In this document: in pieces, positions 53,243 through 63,473 of the stretch | Layout of the letters: each line of letters starts with the position of its first letter | Numbering within the stretch: position 1 is the stretch's first letter | Assembly (NCBI GenBank): GCA_021791755.1 | Contig: JAJYWA010000002.1 | Coordinates: 4,007-68,006, forward strand | DNA length: 64,000 nt | Origin: Actinomycetes bacterium | GTDB lineage: Bacteria > Actinomycetota > Acidimicrobiia > Acidimicrobiales > JAJZXF01 | Direction: 5' to 3' | Notes under the pieces: generated by a model | The model's database searches: none | What the model was told of the DNA's origin: nothing | What the model saw: only the letters and a program-made list of their open reading frames with translations | Translations under genes and position numbers: made by a program

Positions 53243-54010
53243 ATGATGGCCAGCGAAGGCGCGAAGGCTACCAGACGTCGTAGCGTCACGCGGCGGGCAA
53301 CGACGAGCTTGGCCCGCTCGGGGATGACGGGGCTCGTCGCAGCCGCTCTCATCATGGTCGGCGGTGGCTTGGGCGCGGTCGCGGCCCTTGCGGCCTCGCC
53401 AGCGGGAGCGAGCACTGCCCACTCGTCGCTTCCCCCGGTGAACGTCTCAGTCTCGAACACCCCCACCGTGAACATCGGCAACCAGCCCACGGTCAACGTA
53501 GGCAACCTGCCGATTAGCTCGAACGGGCGCTTGAAGGTCGAGAGCGGCGGTTACACGTCCAGACACGACCAGCAGGGCCCCTGGTACCAGATCTGGTCCA
53601 ACGGCGGTCCCCAGTGGATCACCATCACGAACGTCGGCGGCTCCGGCGTCTTCAAGGGCTTCACCTATAACGTGGGAGACAACTGCAACTGCAACTGGCT
53701 CGACGGCTACATCCAGGTCATCACCGATGGCAACCAGGCATTCGGCGCACCCCTGAGCTGGATTAGCTGGCCACAGGGATCCAACGGCTACGGTGGGAAC
53801 GCTGGGCTCAACGGCGCGTCATGGTACAACGCCCCGGGCGTGCTCGGCGGCAGCCTGTTCCCGTGCTGTCAGTACATCCAGGGCTACTTCTTCCCCCCCG
53901 GCGGGCTTCCCTTCACCAACTCGTTGCAGGTGCTGATCTCTCCGTACTGGTGGGGGCCACAGCACCTGTACAACATCTGGTGCTCGACCTACTACACGCT
54001 CAAGAACTGA
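53243..54010 (+). CDS. Hypothetical secreted or membrane-anchored protein rich in Trp, Asn, Gly and Tyr
   Basis: 255 aa. The basic N-terminus plus TM helix reads RRRSVTRRATTSLARSGMTGLVAAALIMVGGGLGAVAALAA. Short PTVN(I/V)GN repeats follow, and then a Cys-containing W-rich domain (NCNCNW, PCCQYIQGYFFPPGG). I recognised no family. It overlaps the folC 3' end by 11 nt in convergent orientation. Confidence 0.55.
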   Translation: MMASEGAKATRRRSVTRRATTSLARSGMTGLVAAALIMVGGGLGAVAALAASPAGASTAHSSLPPVNVSVSNTPTVNIGNQPTVNVGNLPISSNGRLKVESGGYTSRHDQQGPWYQIWSNGGPQWITITNVGGSGVFKGFTYNVGDNCNCNWLDGYIQVITDGNQAFGAPLSWISWPQGSNGYGGNAGLNGASWYNAPGVLGGSLFPCCQYIQGYFFPPGGLPFTNSLQVLISPYWWGPQHLYNIWCSTYYTLKN

Positions 54011-55421
54011 GCGCTCCGCGAGCCTCCGCGACGACGTAGAGCGAGCCGGTCACGACCACTGCGCCGCCTCGCGGCGCCTCAGAGATCGCGGTCTCGACCG
54101 CATCTCTCACCGACGTCGCAACCTCACAAGCCACACCTAGCGATCGTGCCGCCTCGGCTACATCCCTCGCAGGCATCGCGCGGGGAGATGATGGCATGCA
54201 CGCCACCACCCCCAGCAGTCGATCCACCCCGACCGCCTCGATCATCTCCACCGGGTTCCTACCCTCGAGGATGCCCATGACCATGACGACGCCCGCTCCG
54301 GATGCCGCTGCGAAGTCCTCGTCGAGAGCGGCCGCGAGCGCACGGGCCCCGTCGACGTTGTGCGCGCCGTCGAGGATGCACAGCGGATCGCGTGCCACGA
54401 CCTCCATCCGGCCAGGCACGTGCACTACAGCGAAGGCCTCCCGCACAACATCGTCTGCGATCGAAGCGTCGAAGAACGCCTCTACCGCAGCGAGCGCGAC
54501 CGCAGCGTTGTCTCCCTGGTGGCTGCCGTGCAGCGGGAGGAAGAGATCCTCGTAGACGCCGTATGGCGTGCGAATGTCCAGCAGGCGGCCCCCGAACGCG
54601 AGCCTGTTGGCCTCGCAACCGAAATCCTCGTCACGCGCGATCACCCGGGCCGCTCCCGCGCTCCTGAAGATCGCAGCGAGATCGGGTGCCGTCTCGCCGA
54701 GCACCAGCGTGCTCTGAGGCTTCACGATCCCAGCCTTCTCCCGAGCGATGTCGCTCAGCTCGGGGCCGAGGACGTCCACATGGTCATAGCCCACGTTCGT
54801 CACGCACGCCACGGCCGCGTTCACGACGTTTGTCGCGTCCCAGAGCCCCCCGATGCCAACCTCGATCACCGCGACGTCCACGGCTATGTCAGCGAACCAT
54901 CTGAGCGCAGCCGCCGTAAGGAGCTCGAAGCGCGTCGGCCGAGAGGCTGAAGCCCGCTCCAACACCTCGAGAGAGCCGAGTAGATCCGCGAGATCCTCGT
55001 CCGATATCGGCTCAACGCCGCGGACGAGCCGCTCGTTGACCCGCGCCAGGTTGGGACTCGTGTACGTGCCGACGTTGAGCCCCATAGAGACGAGCAGGGA
55101 GGTGATCATACGCGCGGTCGAGCCCTTGCCGTTCGTGCCCGTCAGATGGATTACCTGGTATGCCTCCTGCGGATCGCCCATCAAGCGAACCAGGTCGCGC
55201 ATGCGCTCCAAGGTCGGAGCGTCGCCACGGGTCATTGACAGCGACTCCCAGCTCACATGGCTGTCCAGCCAGGCAATCGACTTATCCACCTGCTCCTCCC
55301 CGTCGCCGGAGGAACGGGGCGAAAAGGAACCTCGGCTACTCGTGTGAAGGACGTTCCCGGGGAGCAGCGAGTCGTTCCCCCCGAGCAGCGATCGGCTGGC
55401 TGGCGGCGGCGAGTCGCTCAC
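54000..55421 (-). CDS. folC: Folylpolyglutamate synthase / dihydrofolate synthase
   Basis: The motifs are HLTGTNGKGSTARMITSLL and DVAVIEVGIGGLWDATNV, with a Mur-ligase C-terminal domain. The N-terminal ~60 aa are low-complexity, so the start is uncertain. Confidence 0.85.
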   Translation of the reverse strand: MSDSPPPASRSLLGGNDSLLPGNVLHTSSRGSFSPRSSGDGEEQVDKSIAWLDSHVSWESLSMTRGDAPTLERMRDLVRLMGDPQEAYQVIHLTGTNGKGSTARMITSLLVSMGLNVGTYTSPNLARVNERLVRGVEPISDEDLADLLGSLEVLERASASRPTRFELLTAAALRWFADIAVDVAVIEVGIGGLWDATNVVNAAVACVTNVGYDHVDVLGPELSDIAREKAGIVKPQSTLVLGETAPDLAAIFRSAGAARVIARDEDFGCEANRLAFGGRLLDIRTPYGVYEDLFLPLHGSHQGDNAAVALAAVEAFFDASIADDVVREAFAVVHVPGRMEVVARDPLCILDGAHNVDGARALAAALDEDFAAASGAGVVMVMGILEGRNPVEMIEAVGVDRLLGVVACMPSSPRAMPARDVAEAARSLGVACEVATSVRDAVETAISEAPRGGAVVVTGSLYVVAEARGALSS

Positions 55422-55430
55422 CTCATGCAG

Positions 55431-56708
55431 TCAGGACGCGGCACGCCGGGTCCGCTCTGCCTTGGACTTCTCGACGGCTGGCACCAGAGTGGGGTTAACA
55501 CGGTCGAGGACCACCGACCGGTCCACCACGCACTTGTCCACGCCTGACCAGCTAGGAAGGTCGTACATGACGTCCAGGAGGACCTCTTCGAGGATCGCAC
55601 GAAGGCCGCGGGCGCCGGTAGCTCTCAGCAACGCCTGATCCGCCACCGCCTCCAAGCCGTCGTCGGTGATCTCGAGCTCCACGCCGTCGAGCTCGAAAAC
55701 TCGCCGGTACTGCTTCACGAGCGAGTTCTTCGGCTCGACCAGGATGCGCAGCAACGCGTCACGATCAAGGATCGACACCGCGCCGAGGACAGGGAGGCGT
55801 CCGATGAACTCCGGAATGAGGCCGAACTTGAGCAGATCCTCTGGCAGAACACGGTCCAGGAGATCGTCCTGGGGCACCGTGGAGCGCCGGCCGATGTCCG
55901 CCCTGAAACCGATCCCCTTCCTGCCGATCCGCCCCTCGATGATCTTGTCCAAGCCAGCAAATGCGCCTCCACAGATGAAGAGCACGTTTGTGGTGTCGAT
56001 CTGGATGAACTCCTGATGAGGATGCTTGCGACCACCCTGCGGCGGCACCGAGGCCGTCGTGCCCTCCAGGATCTTCAACAACGCCTGCTGGACCCCCTCA
56101 CCCGAGACGTCCCGGGTGATCGACGGGTTCTCGCTCTTGCGGGCGATCTTATCGATCTCGTCGATGTAGATGATCCCCGTCTCGGCGCGCTTCACGTCGT
56201 AGTCCGCCGCCTGGATGAGCTTGAGCAGTATGTTCTCTACGTCCTCCCCCACATAGCCTGCCTCCGTGAGAGCGGTCGCATCCGCTATCGCGAACGGAAC
56301 GTTCAACATCCTCGCAAGGGTCTGGGCAAGCAGCGTCTTGCCACAGCCGGTCGGACCGAGCAGGAGGATGTTCGCCTTGGCGAGCTCGACATCGCCCTCG
56401 TGCGGAGGACCAGCCTGCACTCTCTTGTAGTGGTTGTACACCGCCACCGAGAGGATCTTCTTCGCGTGCTCCTGGCCGATCACATAGTCGTTCAGGAACT
56501 CGAAGATCTCCCGCGGCTTCGGCAGCTCCTCGAGGTGGAGCTCCGTCGGCTCCGCGAGCTCTTCCTCCATGATGTCGTTGCACAGATCGATGCACTCGTC
56601 ACAGATGTAGACGCCGGGGCCGGCAATCAGCTTCTTCACCTGCTTCTGCGACTTTCCGCAGAAACTGCACTTCACCAGCTCGCCGCCGTCACCGAATTTC
56701 GCCACCAC
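55431..56708 (-). CDS. clpX: ATP-dependent Clp protease ATP-binding subunit ClpX
   Basis: The zinc finger reads [27 protein letters not shown]. Walker A is [11 protein letters not shown], followed by [10 protein letters not shown] and GARGLR. Confidence 0.95.
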   Translation of the reverse strand: MVAKFGDGGELVKCSFCGKSQKQVKKLIAGPGVYICDECIDLCNDIMEEELAEPTELHLEELPKPREIFEFLNDYVIGQEHAKKILSVAVYNHYKRVQAGPPHEGDVELAKANILLLGPTGCGKTLLAQTLARMLNVPFAIADATALTEAGYVGEDVENILLKLIQAADYDVKRAETGIIYIDEIDKIARKSENPSITRDVSGEGVQQALLKILEGTTASVPPQGGRKHPHQEFIQIDTTNVLFICGGAFAGLDKIIEGRIGRKGIGFRADIGRRSTVPQDDLLDRVLPEDLLKFGLIPEFIGRLPVLGAVSILDRDALLRILVEPKNSLVKQYRRVFELDGVELEITDDGLEAVADQALLRATGARGLRAILEEVLLDVMYDLPSWSGVDKCVVDRSVVLDRVNPTLVPAVEKSKAERTRRAAS

Positions 56709-56728
56709 TCCTCCTTGGCCATGAAGGC

Positions 56729-57385
56729 CTATGCAGCACCAGCCTCCGCCATCCCCAAGGCGTCGGCGATATCCCGTGTCTTGATCACCTCATCCACAAG
56801 CCCGTACTCCATGGCATCGTCCGCGCTCATGACGAAGTCCCTGTCTGTGTCCTTCTTTATCTTCTCCACCGGCTGGCCGGTGTCTTCAGCAAGCATCTCA
56901 TTGACGAGATCCCGCATGCGGAGGATCTCCTTGGCCTGCAGCTCGATGTCGCTCGCCTGCCCCGCGGCGCCCCCCCATGGCTGGTGGAGAAGTATGCGCA
57001 CGTGCGGTAGAGCAAATCGCTTCGACTTGGTGCCCGCAGCGAGAAGCACCGCAGCCGCCGATGCCGCCTGGCCGAAGCAGAACGTGGACTTGTCCGGCTT
57101 CACGAACTTCATCGTGTCGTAGATAGCGAACAGAGCCGTGATGTCTCCGCCAGGCGAATTGATGTAGATGTGGATGTCTTTGTCGGCATCCTCGTGCTCC
57201 AAGAACAGCAACTGCGCGCTGACAAGATTGGCTACGGTGTCATCGATCGGTGTGCCGAGAAAGATTATCCGCTCCTTGAGCAGGTAGGAGTACAGGTCGG
57301 AGACACGGTCCCCCCTGTTGCTCGACTCGACAACTGTCGGTATGACAAGGCCGAGCGCCCTCATGTCGCGAGAGAGCCTATTCAT
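56729..57385 (-). CDS. clpP: ATP-dependent Clp protease proteolytic subunit (single copy in this cluster)
   Basis: The sequence reads [26 protein letters not shown]...[10 protein letters not shown]...[17 protein letters not shown]...ILLHQP, which contains the Ser-His catalytic context. Confidence 0.95.
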   Translation of the reverse strand: MNRLSRDMRALGLVIPTVVESSNRGDRVSDLYSYLLKERIIFLGTPIDDTVANLVSAQLLFLEHEDADKDIHIYINSPGGDITALFAIYDTMKFVKPDKSTFCFGQAASAAAVLLAAGTKSKRFALPHVRILLHQPWGGAAGQASDIELQAKEILRMRDLVNEMLAEDTGQPVEKIKKDTDRDFVMSADDAMEYGLVDEVIKTRDIADALGMAEAGAA

Positions 57386-58931
57386 TCACCACTGTCCCTT
57401 CGTCCGTCCAACCACTCTCACCTCGTCCTTCGGGTCCTCCGTCATCGGTGGCTTCATCAACATCCGCTCGCCTGTCCCCGACGTCGCCGGGGTCCTCGTC
57501 GCCATCAGCGTCCTCAGGTGCACCCGATGCGGTTGGCTCAGCCTCGCCATCGAGATCGCGGTAGCTGATCACGTGTCCTTCCTCGTCGACTACCTCCACA
57601 TGGCCGTACAGCCAGCGAGCCGCCAGGGTCTTGCGCAACTCCAAGCGTAGTGCATCCAGGCGGTCCTCGCGTTCGAGGATCGACCGGAGATCGTCCTCTG
57701 TGACGCGCATCTGACGCGCCACCCTGCCAATCTCCTCGTCAACGCCCGCGTCGTCAGCCTCGATGTCCTCAGCCTCTGCGAGCGCCCTCAGTGCGAGATC
57801 CGCCTTTACCCTGAACACCGCAGGCTCACGCAGCTCCGACAAGATCCCCTCGCGGGTCTCGCCGCTCATCTGCAGGTACTGAGAAAAGCTCGTACCCCCA
57901 GGGTGGAAACCGTCTTCGATCTCGGCCATTCGCCGGTCGATCTCGGCCCTTACCAGTGGCTCCGGCGCATCCTCTGGAACGAGCTCTACAAGCGCTTCAA
58001 TCGCTTTGTCCCGCACTACGTCGCGAGCAGCGATGCGTTTCGCCAGAGCCACGCGGGACCTGATGTCCTCGCGAAGCTCGGCCACGGTCTCGAGCTCTGA
58101 TGCCTCGCGCGCCCACTCGTCCGTTGCCTCCGGGAGGATCTGCTCCTGGACCTGCTTGACGACCACCTCGAAGTGAACGGGGACACTGGCGATCTCGGCG
58201 TCCATCTCAAGGGCGTCACCCACCGCCGCGCCGCGGACAAGATCGTCCATTCCGTCTACGATCCGCGAGGTCCCCATCTCGTAAAGGTAGTCATCGAGAA
58301 CGAGATCATGGGCCTCCCCGCCTTGCTCCTCGCCAGCCTGCTTGTGACCGTGCCCGCTCCTTCTGGCCTCGCCGGCCTGCCGCTGCCCGCCTGGTCCAGC
58401 ATCCGTCGATCCCTTACGCCCGACGAGGTCGATCGTCACGAAGTCCCCGTCACGCACCGGGCGCTCCACAACTGAGAGCCGCCCGCTCTGGCGCCTCAGA
58501 TGGTCAAGCTGGTCATCCACCTCCCTGTCTGTCACCTCGAGAGACGGAACCGTGACCCGCAGTCCCTTGTAGCCGGGAATCGCCACGTGTGGGCGAACCT
58601 CGACGACCGCCTCGAAGCTGAGTGGGCCGCCATCGTTGCCTGCGGTCACGTCGATCTCCGGCGCTGCGATCGGATCGAGCGCGGCGTCGTGAACTGCCTG
58701 CTCATAGTAGCCCGGGAGCAGATCGCGAATAGCCTCCTCCCTCAGCTTTCCCGGCCCCATCCTCGCCTCGAGCACCCGGCGCGGAACCTTCCCGGGCCTG
58801 AACCCCGGTACTCGCACCTCGCGCACCAGCTTACGAAAGGTATCATCAACGGCTCGGTCGATATCAGCCTCGTCGACCGACACCAACAACTTCATGCGAT
58901 TGCCCTCGAGGGGCTCGGTGGTTGCTTCCAT
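57378..58931 (-). CDS. tig: Trigger factor, with an internal Gly/Gln/Glu-rich insertion and an acidic C-terminal tail
   Basis: From the ATG at 58931 it reads [55 protein letters not shown], the ribosome-binding GFRxGKxP motif. The maximal ORF adds 8 codons. Confidence 0.9.
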   Translation of the reverse strand: MEATTEPLEGNRMKLLVSVDEADIDRAVDDTFRKLVREVRVPGFRPGKVPRRVLEARMGPGKLREEAIRDLLPGYYEQAVHDAALDPIAAPEIDVTAGNDGGPLSFEAVVEVRPHVAIPGYKGLRVTVPSLEVTDREVDDQLDHLRRQSGRLSVVERPVRDGDFVTIDLVGRKGSTDAGPGGQRQAGEARRSGHGHKQAGEEQGGEAHDLVLDDYLYEMGTSRIVDGMDDLVRGAAVGDALEMDAEIASVPVHFEVVVKQVQEQILPEATDEWAREASELETVAELREDIRSRVALAKRIAARDVVRDKAIEALVELVPEDAPEPLVRAEIDRRMAEIEDGFHPGGTSFSQYLQMSGETREGILSELREPAVFRVKADLALRALAEAEDIEADDAGVDEEIGRVARQMRVTEDDLRSILEREDRLDALRLELRKTLAARWLYGHVEVVDEEGHVISYRDLDGEAEPTASGAPEDADGDEDPGDVGDRRADVDEATDDGGPEGRGESGWTDEGTVVNE

Positions 58932-59060
58932 ACAAGTAGGGCAGTCTACCGGCAACAGGCGGTGCAGATGCGCATCGCGGCCGTCTCATCTCGGTTCACT
59001 GCTCGAAAGCCACCGCCCCGCCGTGATCTCGCGTGCTGCGACCCGGCCTGCTCAGCCTGC

Positions 59061-60869
59061 TCAGCATGCGTGGATGCGCATGGCCGTCACCACATGAGCA
59101 TCCGTGAAGAACCCGTTTGCAGCGCTGAAGCCCACCAGGACCGCGGGCGGGAGGAAAGACTGTGCTCGCAGGACCAGCCTGCCGTCGATGCTCACCTGGA
59201 TGACACCACCGCCCACGACCACGTTCACAGCGACAGGAGCGCCACGCAGGTCTGGGGCAGCACTGGTTGCAGCCACCTCGTGAAGCGTGGACCACTGTGC
59301 TCCCTGGCGGTCTACGACGCCGACCTCGTTCACCTTCCGGTTCGTGTAAGTCGTGAGCGCCACCGCCTCGCCCGGCAGTCCGGCAAACCCCTCACCCCCG
59401 CCGTTCTCTCCCAATGCATGCGAGCCCGCACTGGGATCGAGGAACATGAGCGTCAAGCCATTGCCGCCGGTGCCGCCGCCAAGGCTGGCGGTGAAGGACA
59501 CCGAAAGCCTCGATGCGCTGACCGGCGTAGACCAAACTGCCGACCCGCGTCTTGCCTGCTGCACCGGCGTCAGAACAAGCCAGCCCTCGGATACCCTCGC
59601 CGACCCGTTGAGCCGCCATCCACTCGCCGGCGCCGGCGGGACGGGTCCACACTGACCTTGCGAGCCTCGCGCCACGGGGTAGGCGGAAGCGGGGCCAGAC
59701 GAGGCCGGGAGGGCGGAGCTGGACGAGGGCGAGGTGGACATTGGCTGGCTGGTCGAGAAACTGACCGATGTCCCCTGGGAAGCGGCCGGCGTTGCAAAAT
59801 CCTCTTGCAGGGTCGAGCCAGCGTTTGGGTACGCTCCCCCTGTGATCGCGCTAGATCCGTAGTTCCAGAAGACGGCGTTCACGACATCATGCGATGCGAT
59901 GAAGCTTGCCATGCCGGATATGAACACAGGATCATCGCCGCCGCCGTGGCCCTGCGAACCCGTCCTCACCAGGCCCCACTCGGGGAACGCGATCGGCTTC
60001 GCGTGCAGCGCCGCAAAGCTCGCAAGCCAGTTGAGACCGTATGGCTCGGTGAGAAAGTAGTTCCAGCGCTGCTCAGCGTTCGGCATTGCCGGCCATTGCA
60101 CATCGTAGACGTCCATCCCCACGATGTTCACGTAAGCCGAGCCAGGCCATGCAAGCGGCGGTGCGAGCGACATCGCCCCTCGCGTCGGGTTCCACTCGAA
60201 GCTGAACGAAGCGCCCGGCACTGCACGCATCGTGGTCACTATCTGGCGCCAGTACTCGATGAACGCCTGAGGATCCGAGCTGGCGGACCAGGGGAACCAC
60301 GATCCATTGAACTCCCAGCCCAAGCGGAGGATCGATGAGCCCTGCCCATGCGCTACGAGAAACGTCGCGAGCTCACTGAAGTACTGATCGTACGCTCCGG
60401 TAGCCCCCTCTGCGAGGCTCGCACCGCTGTTGGGAAGCATCGGCACCCCCCATATCATGCGGTATGAGGTGCCCGCCCACCTATCGACGATCCAGCTGGG
60501 CTTGCTGATCGTGTTCCAGCTCGAACCGTCGAAGAAATCCATTGCGTAGGTAACTGGATGGCCTAGCCACGTCCCGAACGACTCGGCGGCCTTGGGGTCT
60601 CCGGCTCCGGCGTAAACTCCGAGAACCGACGCTGGAACAGCCCCGGAAGCAGATGAACCGGTTCCAACGGTGGTGGTGCGCACCGGCGTTCCCGCATCTT
60701 CGCCCTTCGTGGCAGTGAGCACCTTCCCAGGAGAAGTCGAGGACACACCCGGCGCCATAATGCCTTGGGACTTCGCTGAGAATACTCCCGGAGCGGCAAC
60801 TGCAATCAGAGCAAAGACTCCAACTATCCAGTGGAATGAAAGCCTGCCAAGTCCGCGCTGTGTCACCAC
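59061..60869 (-). CDS. Secreted glycoside hydrolase (GH26-like catalytic domain) with a C-terminal legume-lectin/LamG-like domain
   Basis: The signal peptide is MVTQRGLGRLSFHWIVGVFALIAVAAPGVFSA. The catalytic-domain motif is ILRLGWEFNGSWFPW. The C-terminal part reads WRLNGSARVSEGWLVLTPVQQARRGSAVW...GNGLTLMFLD...VGFSAANG, which is lectin-like. Family assignment is by eye. Confidence 0.65.
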   Translation of the reverse strand: MVTQRGLGRLSFHWIVGVFALIAVAAPGVFSAKSQGIMAPGVSSTSPGKVLTATKGEDAGTPVRTTTVGTGSSASGAVPASVLGVYAGAGDPKAAESFGTWLGHPVTYAMDFFDGSSWNTISKPSWIVDRWAGTSYRMIWGVPMLPNSGASLAEGATGAYDQYFSELATFLVAHGQGSSILRLGWEFNGSWFPWSASSDPQAFIEYWRQIVTTMRAVPGASFSFEWNPTRGAMSLAPPLAWPGSAYVNIVGMDVYDVQWPAMPNAEQRWNYFLTEPYGLNWLASFAALHAKPIAFPEWGLVRTGSQGHGGGDDPVFISGMASFIASHDVVNAVFWNYGSSAITGGAYPNAGSTLQEDFATPAASQGTSVSFSTSQPMSTSPSSSSALPASSGPASAYPVARGSQGQCGPVPPAPASGWRLNGSARVSEGWLVLTPVQQARRGSAVWSTPVSASRLSVSFTASLGGGTGGNGLTLMFLDPSAGSHALGENGGGEGFAGLPGEAVALTTYTNRKVNEVGVVDRQGAQWSTLHEVAATSAAPDLRGAPVAVNVVVGGGVIQVSIDGRLVLRAQSFLPPAVLVGFSAANGFFTDAHVVTAMRIHAC

Positions 60870-61706
60870 TCATTGTGGTCGACTGACTACGCAGCGTGGT
60901 TTAGCAATTACTAATATTCGCAGCTACCGATGCTGCCGGCCCCCGCGGCCGCGAACATAATTGCTGCTACAAAAGTACTTTTATCTCAAGTTCGGTCCTC
61001 TGGCAGCCGATAAGCGCCGATCGGCTGCACAGACATTGTCCGCGCAATAAAGGGTCGTCAACACAGCGGTCGTCAACACTCGAAAATAGCTAAAGTTCTC
61101 TCCTACGTTCCGCAGGTCGAGCGAGGCCTTCAGGTCGAATTACCTGCCCGTGACGCGACCGAGCCGTAGGGTTAAGGCCCAATGCCGAGCAGGGTTGCGA
61201 ACTGCTTCTGGAGGGAGCTCAGGGTTGGAGCTTCCACGGTGGTCGGAACGACCACCGTGGAAGTCGTGCTTCTCCATGCCTGCTGGATCCGGCTGGTCAT
61301 CGCTGATCTTGATAACCTTGTAGAGGATGATGGCCTGAGCTTGGCTTCGGCGCTTTGAACCTCTACTTGATCGGACCGGACGGAGCTCCGTCGACGGAGT
61401 GGGCCTCAGTCGCGGCCGGCATGCCGGGCAGCTGGAGCGTCGCACCGTAACTCAGGCACCGCTGCGACCAGGATCCTCCGTCGGCTACCAGGTCAACCAG
61501 CTCGCCCGGCTCTTCGAGGTCGCTCTGCGATCACTGATCGCCCCATATAGAGTGCCGAGCTGTCGGCTGCGGGACATGCGGTCATCGCCCAGGCTACCCG
61601 CGGGATCCCCGCCGCACGGCTCCTCGCCGTCTTCGATCAGGCGCTCGCCGGCGTGGCAACTAACCTCAATATTTGGTACGGAAGTTCACCTGACGTTCAG
61701 CGGAGC

Positions 61707-61744
61707 GGGGCGGGGCGGAGCGGGGAACGGGGAACGGAACGGGG
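61707..61744 (+). other. G-quadruplex-forming motif (five GGGG tracts within 38 nt)
   Basis: The sequence ggggcggggcggagcggggaacggggaacggaacgggg carries G4 tracts at 61707, 61712, 61722, 61729 and 61741. Confidence 0.6.
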
Positions 61745-61968
61745 AAGTCTTCCCCTCACACGAGGGCGCGGTAACGTCCAGCTCTGGGTAAGCCGGGGTT
61801 CAGGACCAATGTGCGACCTTCGGGTCCTGGACTCGACGAAAGCGCCGGTCACGGCGGCCTGTCTATGCACTGCATACGCAGCTGCCCTACTCAGCCGCGC
61901 CGTCATTCGTGGTCACGCCCCGAGAAACGCGATCCGTCCGAGTCGCGTCCGACCGCTTCGTCGTCCCA

Positions 61969-62256
61969 CTACCGCGCTTCGGTGACCTCGTCCCGGCTGA
62001 AGCGCTGACGAGCCGCTTGGCGGGAAACCCCGAGAGCGACGGCGATGTGGTTCCACGACCTCCCGTGCGCCCGCGCCGCCTCGACGGCCTCCCGCAAACG
62101 GGCATCGTCTTGGCGAGTTGCCTCGGCCGCCGTCGCCACCGCCCGGAGGTCGCTCAAGTCGTCCGCTTGGGTAACCTCGGGGTCCAGATTCTCGGTTAGC
62201 AGGCGATACCGCTCAGCAGCTCGTTCGATCTGTTCGTCGGTGTGCTTCATGTCCAT
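61969..62256 (-). CDS. Small helix-turn-helix protein, probable antitoxin-like partner of the upstream BrnT-like ORF
   Basis: 95 aa. The C-terminal segment GRSWNHIAVALGVSRQAARQRF is a classic HTH. It starts 11 nt after the stop of the upstream small ORF. Confidence 0.55.
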   Translation of the reverse strand: MDMKHTDEQIERAAERYRLLTENLDPEVTQADDLSDLRAVATAAEATRQDDARLREAVEAARAHGRSWNHIAVALGVSRQAARQRFSRDEVTEAR

Positions 62257-62266
62257 CGCCTCGTCA

Positions 62267-62494
62267 TCACAGAAATCGGTAGAGCCTGCGGCTCAGCTCC
62301 ATGGCATGGATGACGACCGGATCCTCGCCCTCGAGATCCAAGACGCCGATCTATAGGAGCCTTCCATCAGCCCCCGGCCCGATCAGCATTGTGAGGTCTT
62401 CATCGAGGTCAATCCGCCGCACGGCGTTGCGGACAGGGTGTTGGATGTCTGCCTCGCTGATGCCGTGTCTCCAGGCCGGCTGGCCGATCCGCAT
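62267..62494 (-). pseudogene. BrnT-like small toxin ORF interrupted by an in-frame TAG
   Basis: My translation is MRIGQPAWRHGISEADIQHPVRNAVRRIDLDEDLTMLIGPGADGRLL*IGVLDLEGEDPVVIHAMELSRRLYRFL. The TAG lies at 62353-62351, where relatives of this layout would have a sense codon (a single change gives GAG). Resemblance to BrnT (HG(V/I)S.E.., GR.L.V.., (I/V)I.A(R/M)) is at motif level only. Confidence 0.45.
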
Positions 62495-62561
62495 TTAGAC
62501 AACATACCGTATCTATGTTACGCGCCGGCAGCCGTAAGGTCCGAGAGCTCGTCTCGGCCGA

Positions 62562-63275
62562 TCATGCTGCCTGATACTCGTTGATGAGCCCGCCCACGAC
62601 CTCCTGGCGTCGGATGCCAGAGATCGATGCCGACCCCGATGGTGTCGACGATATCTGTCGCTGCGGTGAGTGCAACTCAAGGCCGCGATACGGACCGTGC
62701 TCGTTGTGATGGCGGCGACCGTGGGGCGGCCAGCTCGTGTGAGAGGAATATCGCCAGTCGTAGTCCGGCAGTCCACGGCAACAGGAATGGAGGATCGATA
62801 ACCCTGTGGGCGAATTCGATGACGCCCGCTTCGATCTCCACATCCTCGCCGACGCTTCGGGCCAGGTCCCAGGCATGGACGAACAGGTCCAGGGCGGGGA
62901 AGGACAGCCCTTCGCCAACCGGGCGGCGCCGCACCGACGAGTCGAGCACCGTGGCGAGGCCCACGCCCGCCACCGCTCGCCGTGCGGGCTCGACTCGGGC
63001 GTCCCACCCGCGACAGGCTCACCGTCGACGCCAGAAGCGGGACGATCCTACGGCGACCAGGTGGGCCGGCGGTCCATCAGCGGTGTCGTGCCGAGCTCCA
63101 CGGCCGCTCCGACGTGGCCCAAGACGTCGAGGGCGCGACACCCCGCGCACCGCAAGGGTCGCTCCCAGTCGGAGACGTCCAGCTGGCCGACTGCGCCGGT
63201 GAAGAAGGCCAAGCCTTCGATGAGGACGGAGTCAGGCCGTGATCTCGCCAGTCCGAGCGTATCGTGTCCTGATCA
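62562..63275 (-). pseudogene. Frameshifted remnant of a DinB/mycothiol-dependent maleylpyruvate-isomerase-N (TIGR03083-like) gene; boundaries approximate
   Basis: One frame gives DSVLIEGLAFFTGAVGQLDVSDWERPLRCAGCRALDVLGHVGAAVELG... and stops at 63050. A different frame (62973-62677) gives ...LDLFVHAWDLARSVGEDVEIEAGVIEF.... There is no intact start, and at least two frame changes are present. Confidence 0.45.
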
Positions 63276-63473
63276 GAGTCGTGTGCACCGCCGACGTGGA
63301 ACCCGTGGCGAGCCCCTGCGGCGAGCCCTTGCGGCATCGGTCACGACCTGGCACTGCGGCGACTAAGGTCAAGGGATAAACGCCTGCAAGACTCAAGGAT
63401 GCCCGGACGTCGACGCCGGCAACGCCTACATTGGCATATCGAAGACCACGACCGGATCATAAGGAGATCTCGA

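Noticed and set aside
58500-60338. A 612-aa plus-strand ORF, the longest plus-strand ORF in this part of the window
   Set aside because: It lies antisense to tig and to the GH26 gene and spans their intergenic gap. The translation is Arg/Pro/Ala-rich low-complexity sequence, typical of shadow frames in high-GC DNA. Both opposite-strand genes have clear family motifs.
61140-61445. A 101-aa minus-strand ORF as a functional gene or transposase remnant
   Set aside because: It has no recognisable family. An alternative frame over its 3' part reads equally well (…TTVEAPTLSSLQKQFATLLGIGP), which suggests decay. I treat it as part of the degraded patch.
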